Positions 29,773-39,242 of a DNA stretch of 64,000 bases are shown in pieces. Under the pieces are notes generated by a model. The model was given only the letters and a program-made list of their open reading frames with translations, ran no database searches and was not told the DNA's origin. The first letter of the stretch is position 1. Each line of letters starts with the position of its first letter. This DNA comes from Minisyncoccota bacterium (GTDB lineage: Bacteria > Patescibacteriota > Minisyncoccia > UBA6257 > 2-01-FULL-56-20), in the NCBI GenBank assembly GCA_041664245.1, contig JBAYLC010000002.1, positions 75,593 through 139,592 on the forward strand. The letters run 5' to 3'. Made by a program: the position numbers and the translations under genes.

Positions 29773-30720
29773 ATGAACACAAAAATAAAAACAGCGGAAT
29801 CTGTTTCACCAAAACATCCTGATAAAATTTGCGACCGGATTGCGGACGCGCTTCTTGACGCTTATCTCGCGGGCGACCCGAATAGCCGGGTAGCGGTTGA
29901 GGTGATGGGCGGGCACGGCAAGATTTCAATTTCGGGGGAAGTAACGAGTAATTCAGAAGTTGATGTTCCGAAAATAATAAAAGAGGTAACGGGCGGTGAT
30001 TACGAAATACATATTTATCTTGTAAAGCAAAGCACGTTCATTGCCCAGGGAGTGGATACGGGCGGAGCGGGCGATCAGGGCATAATGATCGGTTACGCCG
30101 AGCGAGGGGCGGAGAATTTTATGCCACTCGAATATGAACTGGCGAGAAAACTTTGCCAGGGCATATACGAAAAATATCCGTTTGATGGAAAGACGCAGGT
30201 GACTATTGAAGGCGATAAAGTGAAAACGGTGGTGGTGAGTTTTCAAAACACTAAAACAGAAGAGTTGGAAAAATTGGCGGGCGAACTTATTATTGCCGAC
30301 GAATATCTGATCAATCCGGCGGGGGAATGGACGTCAGGCGGTTTTGATGCGGATTCCGGTTTGTCTGGCCGCAAAATTGTCGTTGATAACTATGGGCCGG
30401 AAACTGGTGTTGGCGGCGGATCTTTTTCGGGCAAGGATTACACAAAAGTAGACCGGTCCGGCGCTTATATGGCGAGGCGAATTGCCGTTGATTATTTAAA
30501 GGAGAATTCGAACGTGAATTCGGTTCGAGTGAAGCTAGCTTACGCTATCGGAAAAAAAGATCCAGTGATGGCAGTCGTGGAACTAGACGGACAAGAAGCG
30601 CCAATCGAGGGTTACGATTTAACACCGAAAGGGATTTATAAGTTTTTAGAGTTAGATAAGGTGAAATGGGCGGAAACTGCCGAGTGGGGACACTTTGGCC
30701 GGAAGTTTACGTGGGGCTAA
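29773..30720 (+). CDS. metK: S-adenosylmethionine synthetase (short form)
   Basis: ESVSPKHPDKICD, GAGDQG, DGKTQV, GGGSFSGKDYTKVDRSGAY, GHFGR. Confidence 0.95.
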   Translation: MNTKIKTAESVSPKHPDKICDRIADALLDAYLAGDPNSRVAVEVMGGHGKISISGEVTSNSEVDVPKIIKEVTGGDYEIHIYLVKQSTFIAQGVDTGGAGDQGIMIGYAERGAENFMPLEYELARKLCQGIYEKYPFDGKTQVTIEGDKVKTVVVSFQNTKTEELEKLAGELIIADEYLINPAGEWTSGGFDADSGLSGRKIVVDNYGPETGVGGGSFSGKDYTKVDRSGAYMARRIAVDYLKENSNVNSVRVKLAYAIGKKDPVMAVVELDGQEAPIEGYDLTPKGIYKFLELDKVKWAETAEWGHFGRKFTWG

Positions 30721-31382
30721 TTTTGGTTTACGTCGAGAACGCAAGTGCCGCCGACATCGCCAAATGGTAAGTCTGAATTAGGATTAGGCGTGCAGTGATA
30801 ATCAGTTATACAAATGGGCGTAGTTTTCATGTTGCCGCCGCAGCGTTCGCCGGCGCCTGATATTGGCGGCGAACTTTTAAGCCCTGTTCCGTCAAAAACT
30901 AAATATTTTGAGACGCCGATTGAAGGGGGTACACTCATCGGATCATCTGGTCCGCGATCAGTGTAGTTGGCGATAATCTGGCCGTTTTTAATTTGAATAT
31001 TTTGCGGAGCGATTCGATCGCCCAAGAGGACAGCGTTGGTTCCTTGGGCGCCTTTGTGGGTGTTAATCGCGGCGGCGACAAAATAGAAAGTTCCGGTGCC
31101 GCCGGGATTATCCACTAAAATTATCGCCGCATCTGGTTTGCCGTCGGAATTTAGATCGCCGGTTACCGGTTCGCCAAAAATAGTAGTGGTGATTTCCGTG
31201 GCCGATCCTGGGGCGGCGCTTACTTCTGATTTACCGTTTGTGAGCGTTACTGGTTGGTCATCAAGAATATAAGTGGCGTTTAGGGGGTCAAAGACAACTG
31301 GCGCTTGATTTTGTTTTATATAATAGGCGCCGAAACCGACAATTAATACGACCAAAACGATGACTAAGGATTTTTTGTTCAT
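30717..31382 (-). CDS. Exported/membrane-anchored hypothetical protein with Cys-rich tail
   Basis: N-terminal TM helix; GDLNSDGKPDA, GGTGTFYF, LGDRI. Confidence 0.75.
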   Translation of the reverse strand: MNKKSLVIVLVVLIVGFGAYYIKQNQAPVVFDPLNATYILDDQPVTLTNGKSEVSAAPGSATEITTTIFGEPVTGDLNSDGKPDAAIILVDNPGGTGTFYFVAAAINTHKGAQGTNAVLLGDRIAPQNIQIKNGQIIANYTDRGPDDPMSVPPSIGVSKYLVFDGTGLKSSPPISGAGERCGGNMKTTPICITDYHCTPNPNSDLPFGDVGGTCVLDVNQN

Positions 31383-31436
31383 ATGGCTATTCTAGCATAA
31401 AAATTACTTGAGTGATTGAAATATTTTAAAAATAAA

Positions 31437-31468
31437 AAAGTCCTGCGTCAGATTTGGCGCAGGACTTT
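31437..31468 (-). terminator. Intrinsic terminator
   Basis: AAAGTCCTGCGTCA-GATT-TGGCGCAGGACTTT with an A run on the left. Confidence 0.75.
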
Positions 31469-31504
31469 GCTGTAGGAGAGGTGGTCGGGTGGCTTTCTTG
31501 ACTG

Positions 31505-32194
31505 TTACATGACGAAGGTGAAGCTTCCAGTTGTCGGCATTACTTTTTCCTCGCACTCTCTGAATAAAAATGAGAGGGTGTAGGAGATTAGCGCCGCCCG
31601 CAATTCGTTGTTGTCGCATGGCACCGATGCGAGCCAACTGGCGATTGCGCGATAATTTCCTTGTTCAAGAATCACGGCCAGTTGGGCGAAGGTTTCCGGG
31701 TATTCGGCGAGAAGAGAAAAATCGGGATCGGCTTTCTCATCATAATTGGTGACGTCGGCGCAAGGAATGTGTCTCGAGCCGAGAATTACAGCAAGCCAAA
31801 TTATTCTGGCGGTTTTCCCGAGACGATCCCCGAGCATTTTTAGGTCAGCGTGAACTGCGGTGGCGGCCTCCAGAGCGGTTTTGCCATCGAAACAGCGGCA
31901 GCAATTGATTTCTCCACTGTTGTTAAGAGCTTCGACTTGTCCTCTAATTTCTCTGGCCGCTGATATTGGGGTATCCGGGCTGTCGATCATTTCTGGCACA
32001 TCGTCAGGAAAAGGCAGAGTAATGAAGGCGAAGATGTCCTTAAGGAGCGCGATCTGCTCTTTATCTGTCGGCTGCGAGAAGATGAGTTCATCGAAGACTT
32101 CCAGTTTTTTGCCTTCGTATTTGTAGGAAGTTCGGATGATTCTGATGAGTTCGTCTCTTGCGGAAATTTCGGTTTGAGCGGTGTTTGTCTCCAA
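31505..32194 (-). CDS. Hypothetical protein (ORFan-like)
   Basis: 229-aa ORF with AAGGA SD, TTG start, upstream TTGACA-17-TATTAT and its own terminator. Confidence 0.7.
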   Translation of the reverse strand: METNTAQTEISARDELIRIIRTSYKYEGKKLEVFDELIFSQPTDKEQIALLKDIFAFITLPFPDDVPEMIDSPDTPISAAREIRGQVEALNNSGEINCCRCFDGKTALEAATAVHADLKMLGDRLGKTARIIWLAVILGSRHIPCADVTNYDEKADPDFSLLAEYPETFAQLAVILEQGNYRAIASWLASVPCDNNELRAALISYTLSFLFRECEEKVMPTTGSFTFVM

Positions 32195-32342
32195 GGCAGA
32201 TTCCTTTCTTTATAAGGTCAATAAGTTGTCAAAATTACCATCTCTAGTAATCGTTTTTTGCTGGCCAAATAATACACCTAATTATGATGAATGTCAAATC
32301 GTTAGTTTAATTGTAGTTCGGATAATTTTTTCTTGAAGTATA

Positions 32343-33827
32343 TTAAATAGCCCCAAGATCAAGCACTTGGTCGATTTTTATTTGTTTTACAAAATCGGGA
32401 ACGTGGCTTACGAGAATCATGGCGCCTTCGTAGCGGTCGAGGGCGCGGGCGATTACGGGAATGTGGCGAAAGTTGATGTGGTTTGTCGGTTCGTCGAGGA
32501 TTAAGAGACCCGGCCGTTCGAGAGTCAGTTTCGCAAAAGCGACGAGCCCTTTTTGGCCTTCGGAAAGAGAGCCGATTTTGGCTTTGAGAATTTCTAAATC
32601 GAGGAGGAAGCCGGCGGCGCAAGAGCGGAGTTCTTGTTCGGTGCCTTCTTTCATTGCGTTTGCAAGCGTTCGATAAACTGTCTCTTCAAAATCCAATGTG
32701 GAAAAATCTTGGCGATAGTAGCCGATGCGAATGTTCGGAGGCACGTGCTCGCCTTTGGCGTGGCCGCTTGATAGTTTTTCGAGAAGCGTTGTTTTTCCGA
32801 TGCCATTTGGTCCAACTAGAAGCAGACGCTGTTTTCTTTTTAATTCAATATTTACTTTCTTAATGATTGATTTGTGGGTTTTTAAATTCATCACTGAAAC
32901 GGATTTTAATTCTAAAATCTGGCCGCTGATATCTGTTTGGCAGAGAATCGCGAAGTTTCTGATGGCTTTATCTTCCCGCCTCACCTCGACGATATCTTCT
33001 TCTAGTTTTTCAATTTTTTCATTCATTTTTCTCGCCACGTCGCGCATGTGGCCGCCTTTTTGGGCGAAAAATCCTGCTTGTTCTTTTCGGTGCTGAATGT
33101 CTTTTTCAAGCCGGACATTTTTCATCCGTTCGCGTTCGAGCCGAGCTTTTATTTCTTCGACCACCGCCAAGTAGTCGCCGGTGTATTGCTCAATTTTTTT
33201 TGTGAAAACATCAAGGTATAAAACGCCGTGAGTGAACGAATTTAAAAAGCCGGCGTCGTGGGAAATGACGATGCAGGTTTTTTTGTAATCGATTAAAAAT
33301 TGAGTGAGGTGTTCGATGCCTTGTTTGTCTAAATTATTCGTCGGTTCATCAAGTAAGAGAATATCTGGATTTTGGATTAAGGCTTGCGCTAGAAGCACTC
33401 GCGCTTGCTGGCCGCCGGATAAATTTTTTAGAACTTTATCTTGAGGCACTGATAGATGAACCACGTCTAAAATTTTATCAATCCTCGGCTCAATGTCGTA
33501 GATTTTTTTCGGGAACGCTTTTTCGAAAAATTCTCGAACGGTGAGTTCGGCCTCGTCTCGTTCAATTACTTGGCGAGCTATTGCCATTGTTAATCCTTTG
33601 GTGATTGAAATAGCTCCAAGCTCGGGTTTTAAGTTGCCGATAATCATCTGGAAGATGGTGCTTTTTCCCGCTCCGTTTTGGCCCATGAGGGTGATTTTTG
33701 AACCTTCTCGAACCGAAAAATCGGCCTCATTTAAAATTGGCTTTTTGCCGTATTCAAAAAAGACTTTATTAAAACGGATGATGACGTTGCCTTTCGGCAT
33801 AACGTTTGTGGTTTTTGTTTCGTTCAT
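32343..33827 (-). CDS. ABC-F family ATPase
   Basis: Two ABC domains (GQNGAGKS, GPNGIGKT), LDEPTNN/H, no TM segments; start MNETK at 33827. Confidence 0.92.
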   Translation of the reverse strand: MNETKTTNVMPKGNVIIRFNKVFFEYGKKPILNEADFSVREGSKITLMGQNGAGKSTIFQMIIGNLKPELGAISITKGLTMAIARQVIERDEAELTVREFFEKAFPKKIYDIEPRIDKILDVVHLSVPQDKVLKNLSGGQQARVLLAQALIQNPDILLLDEPTNNLDKQGIEHLTQFLIDYKKTCIVISHDAGFLNSFTHGVLYLDVFTKKIEQYTGDYLAVVEEIKARLERERMKNVRLEKDIQHRKEQAGFFAQKGGHMRDVARKMNEKIEKLEEDIVEVRREDKAIRNFAILCQTDISGQILELKSVSVMNLKTHKSIIKKVNIELKRKQRLLLVGPNGIGKTTLLEKLSSGHAKGEHVPPNIRIGYYRQDFSTLDFEETVYRTLANAMKEGTEQELRSCAAGFLLDLEILKAKIGSLSEGQKGLVAFAKLTLERPGLLILDEPTNHINFRHIPVIARALDRYEGAMILVSHVPDFVKQIKIDQVLDLGAI

Positions 33828-33945
33828 TCTTTTGTTCAGATGAGAACTATACTGCGAAATGCTTGAAAAACAAAGCCGAACAATACAATGTAGGCTTTTT
33901 TTGGCTGTTGCCAAAGAGAAAAAATTGTGATATAAGTGTATTAAT

Positions 33946-34449
33946 ATGACTAAATTCAAAAAAGGCGGTTTTCGACAAGGAGGCGGTAATTTTGGCGGAC
34001 GCCCAAAATCTGGCGGGAAGTTTGGAGGCGGCAGAGACCGGGGCGGCAGATCCGGAGGCCGTCTAGAGCTTTTTCCGGTGGTTTGTTCTGAATGCCATAA
34101 GAACTGCGAAGTTCCTTTCCGGCCGACGGGGGATAAGCCAGTCTTTTGCCGGGAATGTTTTGATAAACAAAGACATGTGCCCGGACGCAATTCTAACGGA
34201 ATGGATCGCTCAAACGGAGATTTTCGGGGAGATGTCCGTCCACCGCGAGAATACCAAAATGAAGATGTGGAAGCACAAGGCGATGCGGCGATTGAAGAGC
34301 TTAATCAACATTTAGCGGAGTTAGAATTAAAGGTTAATCGAATTCTTGAACTTGTGAGCAAAAAGACAGTGAATTCAGTTCCTAATATTTCTGCTCTAGA
34401 AAAAACTCCAAAAGTGACAAAGGCGAAAAAGAAAATTGGGAAGAAGTAG
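33946..34449 (+). CDS. CxxC-x17-CxxC domain protein
   Basis: RGG-rich N-terminus; CSECHKNCEVPFRPTGDKPVFCRECF. Confidence 0.92.
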   Translation: MTKFKKGGFRQGGGNFGGRPKSGGKFGGGRDRGGRSGGRLELFPVVCSECHKNCEVPFRPTGDKPVFCRECFDKQRHVPGRNSNGMDRSNGDFRGDVRPPREYQNEDVEAQGDAAIEELNQHLAELELKVNRILELVSKKTVNSVPNISALEKTPKVTKAKKKIGKK

Positions 34450-34463
34450 ATTTTCTTGAACAT

Positions 34464-34493
34464 AAAAAACCACCGCGTGATCGGTGGTTTTTT
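34464..34493. terminator. Bidirectional terminator
   Basis: AAAAAACCACCG-CGTGAT-CGGTGGTTTTTT between convergent genes. Confidence 0.8.
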
Positions 34494-34514
34494 AGCGGAA
34501 TAAAGATATTTATT

Positions 34515-35210
34515 TTAATTTAAGATAGGTCGTTTGTTAGCTACCAGTAGTATAAATTTTGAATGAAATTTATAGGGTGGATTGGCTTTTGGATAATCTT
34601 CGGTTACTTCTGACGTGTAAAATTTTAATTGGTAATTTTTGAGTAGGTGCTTAAGAGTTGTTCTTGCTTCCGCCAAACTATACATTGGCTCATTGCCGAA
34701 GGTAATCAATTTTCCATTTGGTTGGGTTCGCGTGATGTTGGCGGCAAAATCAATAATTATTTTTCCATCGGGTTTTAATATCCTATCAATTTCAAGAAAA
34801 ATTTTTCTTAAAATATTTTTTGGAAAAAGATGGAGGGTGCCGGCAGAAAAGACGCCGTCGAAAGAGTTGTTTTCGAAGGGAAATTTTTTGGCAATATTAA
34901 AAACTTTTGTGTCTAATTTTTTCTGATATTTTTTTGGAGTGTTGTGCCAGAGTTTACTAAGCGCGCTGGCGTCAATATCAGATGCAGTGACGGAGCTGAC
35001 TTTTTTGAGTAAATCTAAATTGTAGCGGCCATCGCCGGAGGCGAGGTTTAGCCACACGCCATTGATTTTTATTTTTTTAAAAAATTGTAAGGTAAATTTA
35101 TCGCCTTTTCCCCAAATGGATTTTTTGCCGGTTTTGAAATAATTTATTCCTTCGGTAAAAATTAATTTATCGTCTTGAGATTTGTGGGGTTTGGTTATTT
35201 TTGGCTTCAT
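34515..35210 (-). CDS. Class I SAM-dependent methyltransferase
   Basis: WLNLASGDGR, PFENNSFDGV, RILKPDG. Confidence 0.88.
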   Translation of the reverse strand: MKPKITKPHKSQDDKLIFTEGINYFKTGKKSIWGKGDKFTLQFFKKIKINGVWLNLASGDGRYNLDLLKKVSSVTASDIDASALSKLWHNTPKKYQKKLDTKVFNIAKKFPFENNSFDGVFSAGTLHLFPKNILRKIFLEIDRILKPDGKIIIDFAANITRTQPNGKLITFGNEPMYSLAEARTTLKHLLKNYQLKFYTSEVTEDYPKANPPYKFHSKFILLVANKRPILN

Positions 35211-35319
35211 GGTCGTCTAGATTGTAATGTAAATTTATAGAGTTGGAAATAAAAAAAATCAGCCATGGCGGTTTAGGGCCAATGGCTGATTAGGATTTGT
35301 TGCTAGTCTTCCGGACGAT

Positions 35320-35682
35320 CTAGAAGAGATCGAAGCCGACTACCAGGAAAAGGCACAGGAAGATTTCCGCGAAGAACAAAACAGCAAAACGGAGATATGC
35401 TCCCGGGGCAGCATGGAGGGATCCAGCTGAGTAAAATTGCCATCTTTCTTCGGGTAGCATTATTTTGCTTGTTTTCCAGATTTTTCCCATAAGGAAATCA
35501 AGAGGGAAGTTGAGTAGCTGCCAGGCTAGTATCGGCATTCCAATTATGGTGCCCCACTTTACGGCGATCGCCAGAGCTTCGCTAAACTTGAAGCCTGGGA
35601 AGAGAGCGATAGTAAGCGTACTTGCCAGAATTAGGAATGCCCAGCCAACGGCGATTTTCAAGTTAAGTGTTAGGTCTTTCAA
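35320..35682 (-). CDS. Small membrane protein (ORFan-like)
   Basis: AAGGAGG SD, TTG start, three hydrophobic segments, upstream TTGACT-17-TAATCT, downstream hairpin near 35252-35291. Confidence 0.7.
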   Translation of the reverse strand: MKDLTLNLKIAVGWAFLILASTLTIALFPGFKFSEALAIAVKWGTIIGMPILAWQLLNFPLDFLMGKIWKTSKIMLPEERWQFYSAGSLHAAPGAYLRFAVLFFAEIFLCLFLVVGFDLF

Positions 35683-35821
35683 GAATCCTCCTTACGTTCT
35701 AGTCCTTAGAATTAACTTTTTATAGATTAACATTAAGATTGCAAAAAGTCAAGGCTACTCTAATATAATTTTAACCCTCACTTTCATAGTCGTTAATTTT
35801 CTCTTAGGTGTTTATAGCTGA

Positions 35822-36508
35822 TTAGGATTTGAAGTTAACGATAAAATCAAAGCTGCATGCGCAAGGGCTTTTGTGGCAGACGTGGCAGTTGTCGGCAAAA
35901 TGGATTGAAAGTTCTTCGGCTAGGTCAACCGACATAGAGTTGAAGACGCCGATTAGGCAAGAAATAAGGTCGGCAATTTCAAGAGTGACATTTTTGAAGC
36001 TGGCGTCATCGCGGGTGCTGCGATAGGCGAGGATGGCTTCGGAGACTTCGCCCAGCTCTTCGGCGAGGTGGATGCCGGCGTGTTCCAGAGTTCGGGTCTC
36101 CGGCGGGTAGATTTCTCGAAACATTTTTTGAAAATCTGAGAAAGTTTTTGGTCTTTTGGCGTTGTCGATCGGGACGCGCTTCCGACTTTCCGGTCTTTTC
36201 TGTTTGCACTGGCAGGGACAGGAGGCGCAGTAGGAGCAAACATAGGGGAATCTTTGCCAGAGTTCTTCTTCGATATCAATATGAAGTTGATTTAAAAGAG
36301 ACATCAGCCAACTTGTGGAAATTATTAAATTGAATTTAGTTTTTTCCTGATTTTCTTTCCGAATTCCTTTTAGGCCGCGCATTAAAAATCGTTCAACATT
36401 AGAGAGCATATCCCAAGCGCTGAATTGGCGGTCATCGGGCAGGCCGTATACTTCTTGAACGAACGACTGATATTTTTTGATGGTAACGTCTTTTGAAACG
36501 GAGGCCAT
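35822..36508 (-). CDS. Tandem MazG-like NTP pyrophosphohydrolase with two Cys clusters
   Basis: HLAEELGEVSEA..EIAD; CSYCASCPCQC and CHVCHKSPCAC. Confidence 0.8.
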   Translation of the reverse strand: MASVSKDVTIKKYQSFVQEVYGLPDDRQFSAWDMLSNVERFLMRGLKGIRKENQEKTKFNLIISTSWLMSLLNQLHIDIEEELWQRFPYVCSYCASCPCQCKQKRPESRKRVPIDNAKRPKTFSDFQKMFREIYPPETRTLEHAGIHLAEELGEVSEAILAYRSTRDDASFKNVTLEIADLISCLIGVFNSMSVDLAEELSIHFADNCHVCHKSPCACSFDFIVNFKS

Positions 36509-36529
36509 TTTGAGGTGATTATATAGAAA

Positions 36530-36577
36530 TATTATAGGAGTTTCTTTGGGGTTGGGGTAGGGGTGGAAATCACCCAT
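36530..36577 (-). repeat. 55-bp promoter-containing repeat, copy A
   Basis: TATTATAGGAGTTTCTTTGGGGTTGGGGTAGGGG..CACCC aligns with copies B and C. Confidence 0.75.
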
Positions 36578-36632
36578 TTTGGTTGCGGTTCTGGGGACTT
36601 GACAGAATTTATAGGTATGCTATACTACCCCC

Positions 36633-36740
36633 AGTTGGTCCTGAGGTGTGTAGCTGTCTAACGATCTCAGGGAGCCTTTATTTAACAGTAAAGACAGCAA
36701 AGAATGAGCGGCGATCAGCAAGTCTGACCGCCGCATTTTT
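36633..36740 (+). ncRNA. Candidate pseudoknotted small RNA
   Basis: TTGACA-16-TATACT promoter; CCTGAG/CTCAGG stem; loop GCTGTCT complementary to AGACAGC; GC-rich terminator plus T run; no convincing ORF. Confidence 0.6.
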
Positions 36741-36763
36741 ATTTAAAATAATTTTATTTTTAC

Positions 36764-37501
36764 TTAATTCGATTTTACGCGGAAGGTGATGAGATAGTTT
36801 TCTGGTTTTGGTGTTGAGTTTGCCACTCGCGAAGGTTTGATGCTTTCGATGGAAATCTTAAATGAATCAAAGGCGACCGGGGCGGCGTTTGAAGAGATAT
36901 CCCTTGTCTCTTTGTCGGTATCGCTTTGGAGGGTGACGTTAGTAGTTACCCATCCGGCTTGGATACATTGAACGTCTGTTGGGCAGCGGCTATCCTGGGA
37001 TATTCTATTGAGTGTTATGCGGACGCCGTTTATGAAAACGCTTTTTCCAATGCCGATTTCTCCCAAAGTTGGATCGCCGGCATCTCCTGATAGTTTTTCA
37101 AAACGATTCACCGAAAGGGTGATGCCTTCGGTGAAGGTTCCGAAGACGCGGATTTTTTGTCCGACAAGCTGCCCAATAGTGCTACTGGACTCGAAAACAA
37201 GAGGCAACACATAGGAGACCTCGCCGCCGTTTTCGGGTGAGCTAAAAATAAGAGAAAAGTTTTCGGCATTCTGCCGCAGTGTTCCAGTGAACGAAGGTTG
37301 ATTGGGACAAGCCGCGAACTTACATTTAGATCCGGTTCTACTCACGTATGAACCGTCGGGACAAAGCAACGCTTCTTGAGTGCAAGCGATTCCTTGAGAA
37401 TCGGCGGGAGTTCGATTTAAGAATTTAGATAGACCGTACGCGCCACCGCCGATTATTACGATTATGAGAACGGCGAGAATTATTTTTTTATTGGTTTGCA
37501 T
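36764..37501 (-). CDS. Membrane-anchored Cys-motif surface protein
   Basis: TM helix; ACTQEALLCPDGSYVSRTGSKCKFAACP and DSRCPTDVQCIQAG motifs, which are common in CPR proteins. Confidence 0.8.
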   Translation of the reverse strand: MQTNKKIILAVLIIVIIGGGAYGLSKFLNRTPADSQGIACTQEALLCPDGSYVSRTGSKCKFAACPNQPSFTGTLRQNAENFSLIFSSPENGGEVSYVLPLVFESSSTIGQLVGQKIRVFGTFTEGITLSVNRFEKLSGDAGDPTLGEIGIGKSVFINGVRITLNRISQDSRCPTDVQCIQAGWVTTNVTLQSDTDKETRDISSNAAPVAFDSFKISIESIKPSRVANSTPKPENYLITFRVKSN

Positions 37502-37535
37502 ATGAAAACTATATCAACAAAATAGAAAGTTTGGT

Positions 37536-38063
37536 TTAGTTATATTTTTTTATAATCCCCAACGCTGTTAGGTTCGGCTTATCGGTAACAATTTCTTCCG
37601 CTTCGGGTATGGTTAGCCACTTTGTGTCGTAAAATTCTTTTGGGTCAACGTTGAAGTTAGATCCGTCGGTATTCATAAGATACCAAATATCGAAGTGAGT
37701 TTTACACGACCGAATTCTATTTTCTATCAGTGTAATAGTGAAAAGAAAAGGCATGGGAGTTTCTTTGAAGAAGTTTTCCACGCCGAGTTCTTCGTTTATT
37801 TCGCGATTTAACGTTTCTAAAATTCCTTCGCCTTTGTCGATGTGCCCGCCGGGCGAAACCCAAAGATTGGCTTTTCTGTGATGGACAATAAAAACTTTTT
37901 TATTTTCGACATTGTGAGGAAAAAAATAAGTGCAGAAATGGGACTGCGGATTTTCGTCTCGGGTAAAAGCGCCTTTCCCTAATCTTTTTAGATAATTTTC
38001 GTAGGTGCTTTCGCTGTCACAAATTGATTTATCTAGAATTTGTGAAATTTGGTCGTATAACAT
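37536..38063 (-). CDS. NUDIX hydrolase
   Basis: PGGHIDKGEGILETLNREINEELG. Confidence 0.9.
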   Translation of the reverse strand: MLYDQISQILDKSICDSESTYENYLKRLGKGAFTRDENPQSHFCTYFFPHNVENKKVFIVHHRKANLWVSPGGHIDKGEGILETLNREINEELGVENFFKETPMPFLFTITLIENRIRSCKTHFDIWYLMNTDGSNFNVDPKEFYDTKWLTIPEAEEIVTDKPNLTALGIIKKYN

Positions 38064-38067
38064 ATTA

Positions 38068-38511
38068 CTAGGATATTTTTCTTAAATCTCCGTTTAGGAA
38101 TTTTGGTTGCATGCCAAGGATTTCTTCTTTGAAATTAAGGTTGTCAGAAATCGGATTAAGAATGAAAATTGGTTTTTTGTAGTGAAAACCAATCGCGGCT
38201 TCAATAAGCGTGTTGCCGCCGATATATCTGGGAACGCCATTTTTTTCGTAATTCAAAATTAGGACAGCATCGCCTTTGATAATTTTCTGAAGATGATTTT
38301 TAATAAGCCAGCTTTTGCGGTTGTAATTTGCTGCGTCTTTGAACCAAGTTTTATAAGTTTCTATTCGGAAGTCGCCGCTCTTTTTCATTACGTTAGCGGT
38401 GTACGGTATTTTCACAGCAAAACCCAGAGTTTTTAGTTCTTTTTCGACATCAAGCGCTTGTTTGAAAAACGAGGCGCTTGAACAAATGGTGATTGATTTT
38501 TTAGGGGTCAT
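38068..38511 (-). CDS. Nucleoside 2-deoxyribosyltransferase-like protein
   Basis: ITICSS..F, HLQKIIKGDAVLILN, YIGGNTLIEAAIGFHYKKPIF. Confidence 0.7.
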   Translation of the reverse strand: MTPKKSITICSSASFFKQALDVEKELKTLGFAVKIPYTANVMKKSGDFRIETYKTWFKDAANYNRKSWLIKNHLQKIIKGDAVLILNYEKNGVPRYIGGNTLIEAAIGFHYKKPIFILNPISDNLNFKEEILGMQPKFLNGDLRKIS

Positions 38512-38531
38512 AATATTAGTTAGCTCATAAA

Positions 38532-38590
38532 TATTATAAGGGTTTCTTTGAGGTTGGAATAGGGGAAGTGAATGACCCGTCTCTAGGTCG
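38532..38590 (-). repeat. 55-bp promoter-containing repeat, copy B
   Basis: TATTATAAGGGTTTCTTTGAGGTTGGAATAGGGGAAGTGAATGACCCGTCTC. Confidence 0.85.
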
Positions 38591-38661
38591 GGCTAAAAAA
38601 GAAAAGGCGCCGTGTCCAGCTTGTGAGCTAGGCGTGCGCCATTTGATTAAATCTTTTTCTG

Positions 38662-39090
38662 TTAAGTAGCCGAGGCACATTTTCCGGTTAGGTGTAGAAC
38701 TGAACGAATATGCTCATCCATGATGTCGCTCTTCGGATCCCGGAAGATTACAAACCGGGACGACCGATACAAGATGACATAGAGAAGCCCTATCCAGTCA
38801 GCAAAGCGGAAATGGTCTACGCGCTCTGCCCAGGTTTCGCCTTCCAGGGGGTCGATTCGACTCACCTTTTTGTTGATCGGGTTTTCATACTGAGTGACGA
38901 TCCAGACCTCTGCACCGTCCGCAGCGCTAGATTTCTGTTGAAGGAAAGCCTTTAGGTCTGCCATATTTTGGCTGACTTTGATTTGTCCGGTGAGAGCGGG
39001 ATACCATTCCGATCGAACTGCCCATAACCATGGAAAATCGGAAAGGATAGCTCGTGTTTTGTGATCGCCCCACAACTGATTTCTAAACAT
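38662..39090 (-). CDS. Hypothetical protein (ORFan-like)
   Basis: AGGAGG SD, upstream TAGACA-17-TAACAT, downstream hairpin near 38596-38642. Confidence 0.7.
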   Translation of the reverse strand: MFRNQLWGDHKTRAILSDFPWLWAVRSEWYPALTGQIKVSQNMADLKAFLQQKSSAADGAEVWIVTQYENPINKKVSRIDPLEGETWAERVDHFRFADWIGLLYVILYRSSRFVIFRDPKSDIMDEHIRSVLHLTGKCASAT

Positions 39091-39242
39091 ACTAACCTCC
39101 TGAGGAATTCCTCCTCTTTGAGTTATCCGACTCTGGATTTAAACAACTAAAAAGATGTTATCATAAATTATTAAATTTGTCTAGCTGGCTTCCTCGAGCC
39201 CATGTTTTTTCAGTGTTATCCCAAATAATAAATTTTGATAAT

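Noticed and set aside
33828-34190. N-terminal extension of the ABC-F ORF to 34190
   Set aside because: It is the antisense shadow of the CxxC-x17-CxxC gene; the real start is near 33827.
36583-36789. 68-aa ORF over the candidate sRNA
   Set aside because: TTG start upstream of the promoter, no RBS, and it crosses a terminator.
38515-38545. dif-like site (CATAA..TTAT)
   Set aside because: The central spacer is 3 nt instead of 6 and the XerD arm does not match; better explained as the -10 box of repeat B.
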